Below the pieces are notes generated by a model. That model made no database searches and was not told the origin of the DNA. It saw nothing but the letters and a program-made list of their open reading frames with translations. A DNA stretch of 64,000 bases, from NCBI GenBank assembly GCA_964016885.1, contig CAXHJY010001485.1, forward strand, positions 27,805 through 91,804. Direction: 5' to 3'. Origin of the DNA: Eledone cirrhosa (taxonomy: Eukaryota). Of this stretch, positions 45,231 to 62,422 are shown piece by piece. Position 1 is the stretch's first letter. Each line of letters starts with the position of its first letter. The position numbers were made by a program, and so were the translations under genes.

Positions 45231-45797
45231 AGTGTATTTTGCAATACACTGTATGCTTAATTAAAAGCATTTCGAAGACCTTACGCTTTGTTTTAGAGTA
45301 GTGACAGTCTCACTTACATTAAATTTTTAGCAAACAGGGAAGATAAAGCTGACAGAGCTCTGTTTTGTACTGATTGGTACTCATCAGCGTAAGGTCTTCG
45401 AAATGCTTTTAATTAAGCATAAAGTGTATTGCAAAATACACTATATATATATCGCTATTTCAGAGCACCAATTCTAATTTTCAATATCAGTTTGACCGGC
45501 AACCGTTCTGTATAATCAGTTCCTGATTAATACAAGAATTCTATAAGAATCAAACATTCATGATTTTCAGCAAACAGGTGGAGTACTTGGCTTTGATAAG
45601 TACCAATCAGTACGAAACAGAGCTCTGTCAGATTTATATCCCCTGTTTGCTGAAAATTTAAAGTAATGAGACTGTCACTACTCTAAAACAATAGCGTAAG
45701 GTCTTCGAAATGCTTTAATTAAGCATACAGTGTATTGCAAAATACACTGTATATACATTCATATATATATCGCTATTTCAGAGCACCAATTCTAATA
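45231..45797. mobile_element. Rearranged composite HHR insert (family E)
   Basis: 45231-45387 is an inverted copy of 45594-45749; 45386-45476 duplicates 45692-45797. Confidence 0.7.
45589..45633 (+). ncRNA. Hammerhead with U3-A8 core (family E)
   Basis: ggct TTGATAA gtac caatca gtac GAAA cagagctctg TC agat; outer stem cagcaaacagg/cctgtttgctg. The inverted copy 45347-45390 reads GATGA..aAAA. Confidence 0.7.
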
Positions 45798-45840
45798 TAT
45801 ATATTTATATATATATTTATATATATATATAAATATATAT

Positions 45841-45872
<32 letters not shown>

Positions 45873-46008
45873 ATATAAATATATATAAATATATATATAT
45901 ATATATAAATATAGTTATGTAATAAACAACATAAGGCAATTATTCCATTTACCCGTGGTTTTCCGACGGAATTACTTCATTCACATATATAAATATATAT
46001 AAATATAT

Positions 46009-46039
<31 letters not shown>

Positions 46040-46068
46040 AATATATATAAATATATATATATATATAA

Positions 46069-46109
<41 letters not shown>

Positions 46110-46293
46110 TATATAAATATATATAAATATATATAAATATATATATATATAAATATATATAAATATATATATATATATAAATATATATATAAATATATAT
46201 ATATATAAATATATATGAATATATATAAATATATATATATAAATATATACAATGATATTAAATGAATGGAAACTATATTTATAAAACCATATT

Positions 46294-46356
46294 TATTTTA
46301 TTATATATATTTCAAGGGTACCAAGACACATTGGTATGCTTTCATCAGATAAAATA
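46294..46356 (-). ncRNA. Type I hammerhead (family A3), in insert 46253-46475
   Basis: Reverse complement tattttat CTGATGA aagCatacca atgtgtct tggtacCctt GAAA tatataTA ataaaata. Confidence 0.85.
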
Positions 46357-46713
46357 CAAAGTTTGTTTTATAAATATCATTGAATATTTACTCCAGTAAC
46401 TTGTTGAGTGCTCTAAATAGTTATAAACATTTATATTTGTCGGACTTCCAACAAATTAAACACCCCTTCTACTTATATAAATATATATCTATATAAATAT
46501 ATATAAATATAAGTATGTATACGTACATACATATATGTATGCAAACGTACAGTAGTATGTATATATATACATACATGCACGCATATATATATGTACGTAT
46601 GATTTACCGAGCATTTATTATAATGCTCGGTTTAATTTTAAACAAACATCCCGTATGAAGCCGTACAGCGTTTAGCAACCATCGTTGCCCTTTTGTTCAA
46701 CACTGACACAGGA

Positions 46714-46756
46714 ACGATGTACTAGTTTCAAGCTTATTAGCTATCGTCAGCACCGT
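46714..46756 (-). ncRNA. Family D hammerhead, second copy (repeat 46590-46840)
   Basis: Reverse complement acggtg CTGACGA tagctaataagctt GAAA ctag TA catcgt; A-U to G-U change keeps helix I. Confidence 0.87.
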
Positions 46757-46952
46757 ATACCTTCCTGCCAGATGATTGAACGTCTGAAAGTATACACTTT
46801 CCTTATGCATATTAACGGCTGAGCAGCCTAATTTGCATATCGAGTGATACTTATATTTAAGTAGCAGCCGTACGAAGAGTGAGAAATGAAATTTCGTTTC
46901 ATTTTTCTCCATTTATAAATATATATAAATATATATATATGAATATATATAT

Positions 46953-47120
46953 ATTCAGGACCCCGACGGCTGAGCTCCGGCCGTTTCCCCAGATAGATCC
47001 AGTTCGATCTAGCTGTCGAAACAGCCGTAGCTCAGCAGTAGGGGTCCTGAATCTCTTCATATTACCCACTCTACTACCCAGGTATTGAGTACTCTGGTGT
47101 GTTATGATCTACCTGGTATT
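46953..47120. mobile_element. Diverged family C fold-back insert
   Basis: attcaggacccc..ggggtcctgaat palindrome plus tail tattgagtactctggtg. Confidence 0.65.
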
Positions 47121-47508
47121 ATATATATATATGTAGGCATCAGCTGGTGATGGTTGTTACTGACAGGACCTGCTGGAAGGAGTGTTTGAGGACCCTGCCA
47201 ACACGACCCTCTCAGAAATAAGTGGGCGAAGACGATTGACTGTTTCTTCTTCTCAACTATATGTGTGTGTGTGTGTGCTAGGCTCAACATACTTTGCTGG
47301 TGTTCAGACCGTAAGCTAGGGAGAGTACTCATATACTCGGAGCTTATTCCAGTTTTCCTTTCTGCCGTGGCTATGGACACATATTTCCAAGAAGCTGATT
47401 CCCAGTTTCAGTTTTTTCTTTGCCATGGGTTTATATATACATGGGATTATATATACACATAAATATGTACGTAACAGAAACACACACACATAGCCCCCCC
47501 TCTCTATC

Positions 47509-47609
<101 letters not shown>

Positions 47610-47818
47610 TATATTGTAAGCGAGTTTATGTATATATACATATTTCGTTTACACTCAAGTTCTATATACATATGCGGATATATGTGTATCTACACACACA
47701 CAAACTTACATATATACATATACATATATATATACATATACATACATATATACACAAATATTTGAAGTGTTCTTGTGATAATTGTTTCTACTTTTGGCAC
47801 AAGGCCACCAATTACACA

Positions 47819-47912
<94 letters not shown>

Positions 47913-48046
47913 GCAGAGGTTATATTTAATTTGTTGGGATTCAACAAGCTTAAACATTTTTATAACTGATATAAAGCACTCAACAAGTTAGTGGAGTAAA
48001 TACACAATATCTTAATAAATGGAAACTATATTTATAAAACCATATT

Positions 48047-48112
48047 TATTTTATTATATATATTTCAAAGGCAACCAAGGCAAATTATGGTGCGCTTTCA
48101 TCAGATAAAATA
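48047..48112 (-). ncRNA. Type I hammerhead (family A)
   Basis: Intact core on the reverse complement. Confidence 0.85.
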
Positions 48113-48226
48113 CAGATTTGTTTTATAAATAAATATTGACATACCCGGAAAAAGACAACCTTGCTCCAACCGTTAAGGCTGTCTTTTTTTCCGGGTATGT
48201 CAATATTTATTTATAAAACAAATCTG

Positions 48227-48292
48227 TATTTTATCTGATGAAAGCGCACCATAATTTGCCTTGGTTGCCCTTGAAATATATATAATAAAATA
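48227..48292 (+). ncRNA. Type I hammerhead (family A)
   Basis: Same sequence as 4715-4780. Confidence 0.87.
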
Positions 48293-48330
48293 AATATGGT
48301 TATATAAATATAGTTTCCATTTATTAATAT

Positions 48331-48383
<53 letters not shown>

Positions 48384-49196
48384 CAGTGTAAGCCGGACTA
48401 GCTGTTCAGGTCAAGTTAAGGTAAGTTCCAAAAGCAGGATTTCATTGTAAGATGTGATGAGCAGACGTCTTTCCAGTCAGTCAGCATACACAGACACACA
48501 CATTACACACACACATACATACTCACACACACATACATACATACATACATACATACATACATACACACATACTCACCTACTCACATACATACATACTCAC
48601 ACACACATACTCACACACATACACACACACATACATACATTCTCACATACATACATACACATGCACACATAGTCACATACATACACACACACATACACAC
48701 ACATATATATATATATACATACTCACATACATACATACACATACATACATACATACATACACATACATACATACATACATACATACATACATACACACTC
48801 ACACACATACATACTCACATACATACACACACACATACACTCACACACATACATACTCACACTCACACACTCACACACAAGCACCCAAGCACACACACCC
48901 TATCAAATTTATATCCATGTATAAGTATGTCTGCTGTTGTGTGTACATATATATGTTACATATGTATAGATATAAGGATGTGTCTATATATAGGCATTAC
49001 AGACGTGTGTGTGTGTGTGTCTGTGTGTGTCTGTGTGTGTGTCTCTCTGTGTGTGTGTTTGTATGTAATACATGCTTAATATGTGCTTGCAGGTGCACAT
49101 GCCTAAGTCTGGTCTTATACACACATATATATGAATATACATAAATTTATGTATATATTTATGTGTATATATATATATATATATACACATAAATAT

Positions 49197-49249
<53 letters not shown>

Positions 49250-49295
49250 CACATAAATATATATATATATACATATAAATATATGTATATATATT

Positions 49296-49343
<48 letters not shown>

Positions 49344-49367
49344 AATATATATACATATATTTATGTG

Positions 49368-49416
<49 letters not shown>

Positions 49417-49442
49417 ATTTATGTGTATATATATATATATTT

Positions 49443-49559
<117 letters not shown>

Positions 49560-49638
49560 AATAAATATATATATACATATATATATATATACACATAAAT
49601 AAATATATATATACATATATATATATATATACACATAA

Positions 49639-49681
<43 letters not shown>

Positions 49682-49699
49682 AATATATGTATATATATT

Positions 49700-49743
<44 letters not shown>

Positions 49744-49859
49744 AATATATGTATATATATTTGTATATATATATATATATATATATACACATAAATATAT
49801 GTATATATATTTGTATATATATATATATATATACACATAAATATATGTATATATATTTG

Positions 49860-49891
<32 letters not shown>

Positions 49892-50035
49892 TACACACAT
49901 AAATATATGTATATATATTTGTGTATATATATATATATATATATACAAATATATATATATATATACACACATAAATATATGTATATATATTTGTGTATAT
50001 ATATATATATACACAAATATATATATACATATATT

Positions 50036-50100
<65 letters not shown>

Positions 50101-50184
50101 ATATGTATATATAAATATATATATACATATATTTGTATATATATATATACACACATATATATACACATATTTGAAAACCTAGTG

Positions 50185-50395
50185 GTTAGAGTGTTGGGTA
50201 CATGACTTCGATCCCAGATCGTTTTGTCCGACAGTTGGATAAAATATGAATTGTATCTGTAATGGACTATCTTTATGTAACGCTGAATTTCCCTGAGAAT
50301 CACGTAAGGGTAAACGAATCGCTGGAATCTTGTGCCGCATGTACCTAAGTTGATCAAAGAACTGGAGAAGCCGTCGCCAGATCCAACAGACAACA
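50185..50395 (+). mobile_element. Degenerate tRNA-derived SINE
   Basis: tagtggttagag A-box and ttcgatccc B-box, with internal deletion. Confidence 0.4.
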
Positions 50396-50492
50396 GATAC
50401 ATATATATACATATATACACATACATATATATATACATACATATATATACATATATACACATACATATATACACATACATATATACACATAC

Positions 50493-50528
<36 letters not shown>

Positions 50529-50561
50529 TCATATATATATACACATACATATATACACATA

Positions 50562-50597
<36 letters not shown>

Positions 50598-50886
50598 CAC
50601 ATACATATATATACATACATATAATATACATACATATATATATATATACATATATACTCATACATATATATACATACATATATATACATATATATAAATA
50701 CATATATACACATACATATATATACACATACATATATACACATAGATATATACATACACATATATATATACATACACATATATATATACATACACATATA
50801 TACACATACATGTATACATAAACATATATATATATACATACATACACACACACACATACACATACAAATATACATACACATATATA

Positions 50887-50921
<35 letters not shown>

Positions 50922-51028
50922 GTGTATATATTTATATATATATGTATATGTGTGTGTATGTGTGTATGTGTGTATATGTGTATGAACGTATGATGTATAT
51001 ACAATGAAACATGTGTAAGCTGGCATCG

Positions 51029-51667
51029 TAATAACAATAGTAACAACACTGGTAATAACAACACTAGTAATAACAACACTAGTAATAACAACACTAGTAA
51101 TAACAACACTAGTAAGAACAACAGTAGTAAGAACAACAGTAGTAAGAACAACACTAGTAAGAACAACAGTAGTAATAACAACACTAGTAATAACAACACT
51201 AGTAAGAACAACACTAGCAAGAACAACACTAGTAAGAACAACAGTAGTAAGAACAACACTAGTAAGAACAACACTAGTAATAACAACACTAGTAATAACA
51301 ACACTAGTAATAACAACACTAGTAATAACAACACTAGTAAGAACAACAGTAGTAATAACAACACTAGTAAGAACAACACTAGTAAGAACAACACTAGTAA
51401 GAACAACACTAGTAATAACAACACTAGAAATAACAACACTAGTAAGAACAACACTAGTAAGAACAACAGTAGTAATAACAACACTAGTAAGAACAACACT
51501 AGTAAGAACAACAGTAGTAATAACAACACTAGTAAGAACAACACTAGTAAGAACAACACTAGTAAGAACAACACTAGTAAGAACAACAGTAGTAAGAACA
51601 ACACTAGTAAGAACAACACTAGTAAGAACAACACTAGTAAGAACAACACTAGTAAGAACAACACTAT
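51029..51667. repeat. 15-bp minisatellite
   Basis: Unit acactagtaa(g/t)aaca, about 42 copies. Confidence 0.95.
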
Positions 51668-52292
51668 AACAACAACTCACCGTTGGTCAGGTTTGGTATG
51701 TCTTGTCCAGAGGGTAAGAGTGACAACAATAATAAGAGAGAACAGCACTAACACGTACTCTCGCTGCTTGGTAGCAATTAATGTGTGTACTAGTGCTACT
51801 GATAGTTACTTACTATAGGATGGTGGAGGTGGTGGGTGCTGTAGTACTGGTGGTGGGGATGAAGGACTGTTGTGGTGGTGATGGTGAGGATGTAGTTCTG
51901 GTGGTGGTGCTGGAGAACTGTGGTGGTGGGGATGTAGTGCTGGTGGTGGGGATGGAGGACAGTGGTGGTGGTGGTGGGGATGTAGTGCTGGTGGTGGCGG
52001 TGGGAAGCCACAGTGACTTGCAGTTGCTGCTGGTTGCTACTCATTTTACAGGTGGTGGTGGTGGTGTAGTAGTGGTGGTGGCGGTGTAGTGGTGGCGGCG
52101 ATGTAGTGGTAGTGGCGGTGTAGTGGTGGTGGTGGCGGTATAGTGGTGGTGGCGGCGGTGTAGTTGTGGTGGCGGTGTATTGGTGGCATTGGTGGTGGTG
52201 GGGTTCCCAGTAGTAGTATTAATTGCAGTAGACGTGTTGGTGGTGGTTTGTCGTACTACAAACATGCACGGATATTCCAGTGTGTAGAACTC

Positions 52293-52453
<161 letters not shown>

Positions 52454-52568
52454 GTATATATAATATATATATATATAATATATATATAATATATATATAT
52501 ATAATATATATATATATATATAAATATAATATATATATATATAATATATATATAATATATATATATAA

Positions 52569-52601
<33 letters not shown>

Positions 52602-52615
52602 ATATATATATATAA

Positions 52616-52671
<56 letters not shown>

Positions 52672-52678
52672 TATATAT

Positions 52679-52790
<112 letters not shown>

Positions 52791-52796
52791 GTATAA

Positions 52797-52909
<113 letters not shown>

Positions 52910-52933
52910 AATATATATATAAATATATATATA

Positions 52934-53120
<187 letters not shown>

Positions 53121-53467
53121 TATACATATATATATAGATACACACACATACAGATACATACCCACACACATGTACACACACACAGACACAAATGCACGGC
53201 CCCATATATATGAATGTGTGTGTATCTGTGTGTATCTATGTGTGAGTGTGTGTATCTATGTGTGTGTATGTGTATGTCTATATCTATGTATGTATATATC
53301 TGTGTATGTATATATCTATCTATGTATGTATATATCTGTGTATGTATATATCTATATATATGTATATATCTATGTATGTATCTATATATATATATATAAT
53401 CAGTCACTTCAAATCAGTCGCTTGATTGCAGTGACAAAATACATCATCGATATTAAAGCAACTTTAA

Positions 53468-56400
53468 ACACACACTGATACACACACACTGACACACACA
53501 CACTGACACACACACACTGACACACACACACTGACAAACACACACTGACACACACACTGACACACACACACTGATAATGACACACACACACTGACACACA
53601 CACTGACACACACACACACACTGACACACACACACTGACACAAACACACTGATACTGACACACACACACTGACGCACACACACTGACGCACACACACACA
53701 CACTGACACACACACACTGACACACACACACTAACACACACACACTGACACACACACACTGATACTGACACACACACACTGACACACACACACTGACACA
53801 CACATTGACACACACACACTGATACTGACACACACACACTGACACACACACACTGACACACACACACTGACACACACACTGACACACACACACTGATACT
53901 GACACACACACACTGACACACACACACTGACACACACACACTGACACACACACACACTGACACACACACACTGATACTGACACACACACACTGACACACA
54001 CACACTGACACACACACACTGATACTGACACACACACACTGACACACACACACTGACACACACACACTGATACTGACACACACACACTGACACACACACA
54101 CTGACACACACACTGACACACACACACTGATACTGACACACACACACTGACACACACACACTGACACACACACACTGATACTGACACACACTGACACACA
54201 CACACTGATACTGACACACACACACTGACACACACACACTGATACTGACACACACTGACACACACACACACACACACACTGACACACACACACTGACACA
54301 CACACACTGATACTGACACACACTGACACACACACACACTGACACACACACGCTGACACACACACACTGATACTGACACACACTGACACACACACACTGA
54401 TACTGACACACACACACTGACACACACACACTGACACACACACACTGATACTGACACACACTGACATACACACACTGATACTGACACACACACACTGACA
54501 CACACACACTGATACTGACACACACACACTGACACACACACACTGATACTGACACACACACACTGATACTGACACACACACACTGACACACACACACACT
54601 GATACTGACACACACACACTGACACACACACACTGATACTGACACACACTGACACACACACACTGATACTGACACACACACACTGACACACACACACTGA
54701 TACTGACACACACACACTGACACACACACTGATACTGACACACACACACTGACACACACAGATACTGACACACACACACTGACACACACACACTGATACT
54801 GACACACACACTGACACACACACACTGATACTGACACACACACACTGACACACAGACACTGACACACACACACACACACTGACACACACACACTGACACA
54901 CACACACTGATACTGACACACACACACTGACACACACACACTGACACACACACACACTGACACACACACACTGACACACACACACTGATACTGACACACA
55001 CATACTGACACACACACACTGACACACACACACTGACACACACGCACTGATACTGACACACACTGACACACACACACTGACACACACACACTGACACACA
55101 CACACACACACTGACACACACACTGACACACACACACTGACACACACACACTGATACTGACACACACACACTGACACACACACACTGACACACACACACT
55201 GACACACACACACTGATACTGACACACACTGACACACACACACTGATACTGACACACACACACTGACACACACACTCTGACACACACACACTGATACTGA
55301 CACACACTGACACACACACACTGATACTGACACACACACACTGACACACACACACTGATACTGACACACACTGACACACACACACTGACACACACACACT
55401 GATACTGACACACACACACTGACACACACACACTGACACACACACACTGATACTGACACACACTGACACACACACACTGATACTGACACACACACACTGA
55501 CACACACACACTAATACTGACACACACTGACACACACACACTGATACTGACACACACACACTGACACACACACACTGATACTGACACACACTGACACACA
55601 CACACTGATACTGACACACACACACTGACACACACACACACTGATACTGACACACACACACTGACACACACACACTGATACTGACACACACTGACACACA
55701 CACACTGATACTGACACACACACACTGACACACACACACTGACACACACACACTGATACTGACACACACTGACACACACACACTGATACTGACACACACA
55801 CACACTGACACACACACACTGATACTGACACACACTGACACACACACACTGACACACACACACACACACTGACACACACACACTGATACTGACACACACA
55901 CACTGACACACACACACTGATACTGACACAGACTGACACACACACACTGACACACACTGATACTGACACACACACACTGACACACACTGATACTGACACA
56001 CACACTGACACACACACACTGACACACACTGATACTGACACACACACACTGACACACACACACTGATACTGACACACACACACTGACACACACACACTGA
56101 TACTGACACACACACACTGACACACACACACTGATACTGACACACACTGACACACACACACTGATACTGACACACACTGACACACACACACACTGACACA
56201 CACACACTGACACACACACACTGACACACACACACTGACACACACACACTGATACTGACACACACACACTGACACACACACACTGACACACACACACTGA
56301 TACTGACACACACACACTGACACACACACACTGACACACACACACTGATACTGACACACATTCTGACACACACACTCTGACACACACACACTGACACACA

Positions 56401-57640
56401 CACACTGACACACACACACTGATACTGACACACACTCTGACACACACACACTCTGACACACACACTGATACTGACACACACACTGATACTGACACACACA
56501 CACTGACACACACACTGATACTGACACACACACACTGACACACACACACACTGACACACACACTGATACTGACACACACACTGACACACACTGATACTGA
56601 CACACACACTGACACACACACACTGACACACACATACTGATACTGACACACACTGACACACAAACACTGATACTGACACACACACTGACACACACACACT
56701 GATACTGACACACACACACTGACACACACACACACTGATACTGACACACACACACTGATACTGACACACACACACTGATACTGACACACACACACTGACA
56801 CACACACTGACACACACACACTGATACTGACACACACACTGACACACACACACTGATACTGACACACACACTGACACACACACACTGATACTGACACACA
56901 CACACTGACACACACTGATACTGACACACACACTGACACACACACACTGATACTGACACACACACTGACACACACACACTGATACTGACACACACACACT
57001 GACACACACTGATACTGACACACACACTGACACACACTGATACTGACACACACACTGACACACACACACTGATACTGACACACACACTGACACCCACTGA
57101 TACTGACACACACACAAACACTGATACTGACACACACACTGACACACACACACTGATACTGACACACACACTGACACACACACTGATACTGACACACACA
57201 CACTGATACTGACACACACACTGACACACACACTGACACACACACTGATACTGACACACACACGGACACACACACTGACACACACACACTGATACTGACA
57301 CACACACTGACACACACACTGACACACACACACTGACACACACACTGACACACACTGATACTGACACACACACTGAAATACTGACACACACTCTGACACA
57401 CACACTGACACACACACTGATACTGACACACACACTGACACACACATACTGACACACACACACTTACACACACACTGACACACACACTGACACACACACC
57501 GACACACACACTGACATACACACCGACACACACACTGACACACACACTGACACACACTAACACACACACTGATACACACTGACACACACACTGACACACA
57601 CTAACACACACACTGACAGACACTGACAGACACACTGACA
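53468..57640. repeat. Compound (CA)n-CTGA / CTGATACTGA satellite (~4.2 kb)
   Basis: Directly visible; source of the spurious VCVS ORFs. Confidence 0.97.
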
Positions 57641-57712
57641 CATTAGACATGGCCTCGGCCAATACTGGCCGAAACCTATCAAAGTTAAATTATCTTTTTG
57701 TAAATATATATT

Positions 57713-57788
<76 letters not shown>

Positions 57789-58027
57789 TAACAAATTAAA
57801 GTTTAAGCAAAGAATCGCTGCTTCTGAAACTAATATATATACATATATATATTATATATATTTTTGTAAATATATATTTCTAAATATATATATATATATT
57901 ATATATATTAGTAGAAGAGATATTTAATCTGTTGGAAATCCAACATATATAGATGTTTATTACTGATTTCTGGAGTACGTATTCAATGATATTCAATAAA
58001 TGGAAACTATATTTATCAAACCATATT

Positions 58028-58088
58028 TATTCTATTATATATATTTCAAGGGCACCAACATTTTGGTAGGCTATCATCAGATAAAATA
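58028..58088 (-). ncRNA. Type I hammerhead (family A-related, slightly decayed), in insert 57910-58163
   Basis: Reverse complement tattttat CTGATGA tagCctacca aaatgt tggtgcCctt GAAA tatataTA atagaata. Confidence 0.75.
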
Positions 58089-58187
58089 CAAAATGTTTTA
58101 CAAATATTTGACATGATCAAGGATGATATACCTTAACGGTTCAAGTTATCCCTGGAAACTTTCCAAATATATATTTACAAAAATATA

Positions 58188-58251
<64 letters not shown>

Positions 58252-58257
58252 TATATT

Positions 58258-58299
<42 letters not shown>

Positions 58300-58305
58300 T
58301 ATATT

Positions 58306-58342
<37 letters not shown>

Positions 58343-58389
58343 AGATATATATATATAGATATATTTGTATATATATGTATATATATATT

Positions 58390-58421
<32 letters not shown>

Positions 58422-58436
58422 TAGATAGATATATTT

Positions 58437-58533
<97 letters not shown>

Positions 58534-58662
58534 TATATATATATATATATCTACAAATATAAATATATATAGATATAGATAGATATATTTATAGATATAT
58601 ATATATTTACAAATATATATATATATATATATTTGTAAATATATATATGTATATATATGATA

Positions 58663-59252
58663 CTAGCAGTGGTACCCGGCGTTGCACGGGATAAGGTAAT
58701 TTGAAACGCGGGCCGCCAACAGACGTAATGGTGGAAAAACTGCATGCCTGGACAATATGTAAAGAAAATAAACCGAACACTCTGATGGCTGGATAATCTT
58801 TAAGATTTTCCTCGATGAAGCAGGAAAATGCAGATTTTCACCTAATGCGGGCCCTAGGGGATCAAGAAAATAAATTTTTTTTATGTGCATAATATACCTT
58901 GAAATTTCGGGAAAATCGGCTAGACGTAACGCCTCAAAAAGCCCTAAAACCTGAAAAAATGAATTTGTTCACCCAATGCGGGCCCTAGGCCATAAAAAAG
59001 TTGCATTTTCTTTGCTCGAGGTATGAAGAAGAGACTGACTAATACATAGTTACAATTTCAAGGAAATCGGTCTGACGTAACGCCTCAAAAAAAACACCTA
59101 AACACCTGGCAAACGCAGTTTTTCACCTAATACGAGCCCTAGGGGATAAAAAAAGGTGACTTGTATGTGCATAAAACTCCATGAAACAAGTAATTCACAT
59201 GTAAAGTTTGAAAAAAGTCGGTTGGGTACTTCTCGAGTGTTAGGGATTCAAA

Positions 59253-59322
<70 letters not shown>

Positions 59323-59697
59323 TCCTCAGGGAAGTGACGTAATGCAGACAGCCAGACATACAGACAAATATTATAAGGGCGCGTTCTTGATGGAGAGGGA
59401 ATTGTGGGAAGTGACGTAATGCAGACAGCCAAACATACAGACAGATAGTATAAGGGCGCGACGTTATATGTATGTATCTATCTAAAAAGAGAAAGACTAA
59501 GAATTATAGAAAGAGATCGCTAAATCGCCTAATGCGATCCCTAGGGCATGGAAAATTCGAAATTTGTTATGCTCAGAACACTCCCTGAAATATAAATATT
59601 ACATGTGTAAAATTTGAAAACAGTCGGTTGGGTGCTTCTCGAGTTTTAGGGATTCAAACTCACACACACACAAACAGACATCCTCAGTTTTATATAT

Positions 59698-59699
<2 letters not shown>
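58663..59699 (-). mobile_element. Non-autonomous Helitron with internal repeats and (CA)n
   Basis: Reverse complement 3' end cccgtgcaacgccggg taccactg CTAG|T; internal repeats cacctaatgcgggccctagg; duplicated 5' segment at 59215 and 59620. The 5' boundary is approximate. Confidence 0.72.
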
Positions 59700-59730
<31 letters not shown>

Positions 59731-59757
59731 TTCGTTTAACGTCCACTTTCCACGCTA

Positions 59758-59811
<54 letters not shown>

Positions 59812-60088
59812 AATATATATATTATGTATATATATATTATAAATATATATATTATATATATATATATATATTATGTATATATATATTATAAATATATATA
59901 TTATATATATATATATATATTATAAATATATATATTATATATATATATATATTTTTGTAAACATATATATATATATATTTGTAAATGTATATTTGTAAAT
60001 ATATATATATACATATATATATTTGTAAATATATATATATATATTTGTAAATGTATATTTGTAAATATATATATATATATATTTGTAA

Positions 60089-60141
<53 letters not shown>

Positions 60142-60187
60142 AATGTATATTTGTATATATATATATATATATTTAAATGTATATTTG

Positions 60188-60247
<60 letters not shown>

Positions 60248-60403
60248 AATGTATATTTGTAAATATATATATATACATAGTATTAAGGATACTATTTTTG
60301 GTTATGTATATACTAAAACCTTTTATAGTTATATATATTTTAAACCCTAAATAGTGAAAGACAGTAATTTATTACTACCTTATTACCAGTAAGATAAATA
60401 GCT

Positions 60404-60453
<50 letters not shown>

Positions 60454-60607
60454 TTGTAAATATATTTAATGATTAAACAAGGTTCAATGAATAAATCAAA
60501 GAATGAGTTTTACAATAGATTGGAAGCACTCCACAGTATTTGGTTTTCAGGAGTTATTAATATTAATTCAAAATATTAACAAAAATAGACATTCGTGTGA
60601 TCAAGTA

Positions 60608-60674
60608 TATTTTATTATACATATTTCTGAGGTACTGAGCTATCTTCAACAGTACGTCCTCATCAGATAAAATA
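60608..60674 (-). ncRNA. Type I hammerhead (family F), in insert 60470-60770
   Basis: Reverse complement tattttat CTGATGA ggaCgtactg..cagtacCtca GAAA tatgtaTA ataaaata; first helix II pair is broken. Confidence 0.75.
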
Positions 60675-60921
60675 AGATGATGCATGACATAAACTGACTT
60701 ATGGTTAAGATTCAGTCATGCTAGTGAATAAGATATGACAAAACTCAATATTTATATACCTTAAGATTGACATATTTGTAAATATATATATATCGTCTGG
60801 AAGAAACAATTGTCAGCAATTACATGTACTAAACTAAGATTTGATTGTTTTATATTTTGTAAATATATGTATATATATATTTGTAAGTATATGTATATAT
60901 ATTTGTAGATATATGTATATA

Positions 60922-60988
<67 letters not shown>

Positions 60989-61212
60989 CCAAAAGTTTAA
61001 CAAGGTTCATTGATTAATCAATGAATAAAGTTTTACAATAGATTATTATATTTAATATATTTTTATACAACTTCTCCTACGTACCCTCTCCATTATATGT
61101 AGTTTGTCCTGTTACTGCTTATGGTATATAAATATTGAGTTTTGTCATCACTAATCACTGCCAAGACTGGAATTGAACCATCAGCACAGTTGAGGTATGT
61201 CAGACATCAATT

Positions 61213-61278
61213 TATTTTATCTGATGAGGACGTACTGATGAAATAGCTCAGTACCTCTGAAATATGTATAATAAAATA
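61213..61278 (+). ncRNA. Type I hammerhead (family F), in insert 60988-61325
   Basis: tattttat CTGATGA ggaCgtactga tgaaatagc tcagtacCtct GAAA tatgtaTA ataaaata. Confidence 0.87.
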
Positions 61279-61420
61279 TATTTGATCACATGAATGTCTA
61301 TATTTATTAATATTTTGAAGTAATATATATATACTTACTCCCCTAAGTATTGAGTACTCTGGTGCGTTATGGTTCATCTGGTTCCTTACCACAATTCCTT
61401 TGTTTTATATATATATATAT

Positions 61421-61826
61421 AACTTTGATAACTTTCGGCCAGTATTGGCCCAGGCCATGTCTAACTTAATAGCACCACATGGCGAAGTCTTACATATCAG
61501 TGTTTGGGCACCATGGCCCACTAGAGCAGAGAGTTATTGTTTACGGAGGCATATCCGGGTGTAGGAGGCTTATCCGGGATTTCTTGAAGGAATTTATCCA
61601 AAGACTTCTTGAACTTGATGGGGTCTGTCTCTGCTTTGATGTGTTTTGGTGTAATGTTAAAGAGTGCAGGGCCAATTGAGGTGAAATAATTGTGCCGTAT
61701 TGTTGTTATGTGATGCGAGTGGGATTTTTGTCGTGGGAGGAAAGCACGGGGCCCAAGCCTTGGGTGTACATTAAAGGTGATGCCAACATCATTTGGGCTA
61801 AGCTGATGGAATACTTTCCACATCAT
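61421..61826 (-). mobile_element. CR1/L2-group LINE 3' fragment
   Basis: Sibling of the 22429 and 31493 copies. Confidence 0.82.
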
Positions 61827-61898
61827 ACATATATATATACTTACTTATATATATATACTTGTAGATCTACGTATATATATGTATATTTGTAGATATGC

Positions 61899-61941
<43 letters not shown>

Positions 61942-62059
61942 ATAATTGTAGATATATGTATATATATTTGTAGATATACGTATATATATATTTGTAGATA
62001 TATATATAGATATATTTGTAGGTAGGTATATATATATATATATTTGTAGATATTTATAT

Positions 62060-62157
<98 letters not shown>

Positions 62158-62305
62158 AGTATGTGTGTCTGTGTATATATATATATATTTGTAGATATAT
62201 ATATATGTGTGTGTATATATATATATATGTGTGCGTATAAATCTATATATGTATATATATGTGTGTGTGTGTGTATATATATATGTGTGTGTGTGTATAT
62301 ATATA

Positions 62306-62360
<55 letters not shown>

Positions 62361-62391
62361 ATATATATGTATATATATATATATATGTGTG

Positions 62392-62422
<31 letters not shown>

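Larger units (their letters stand above)
47912..48334. mobile_element. Family A fold-back insert with two HHRs
   Basis: Arms about 48005-48162 and 48175-48334, with a ~90-nt tail on the left. Confidence 0.85.

Noticed and set aside
50354-51680. Leu-rich and VVLTS ORFs resembling membrane proteins
   Set aside because: They are products of a 15-bp minisatellite.
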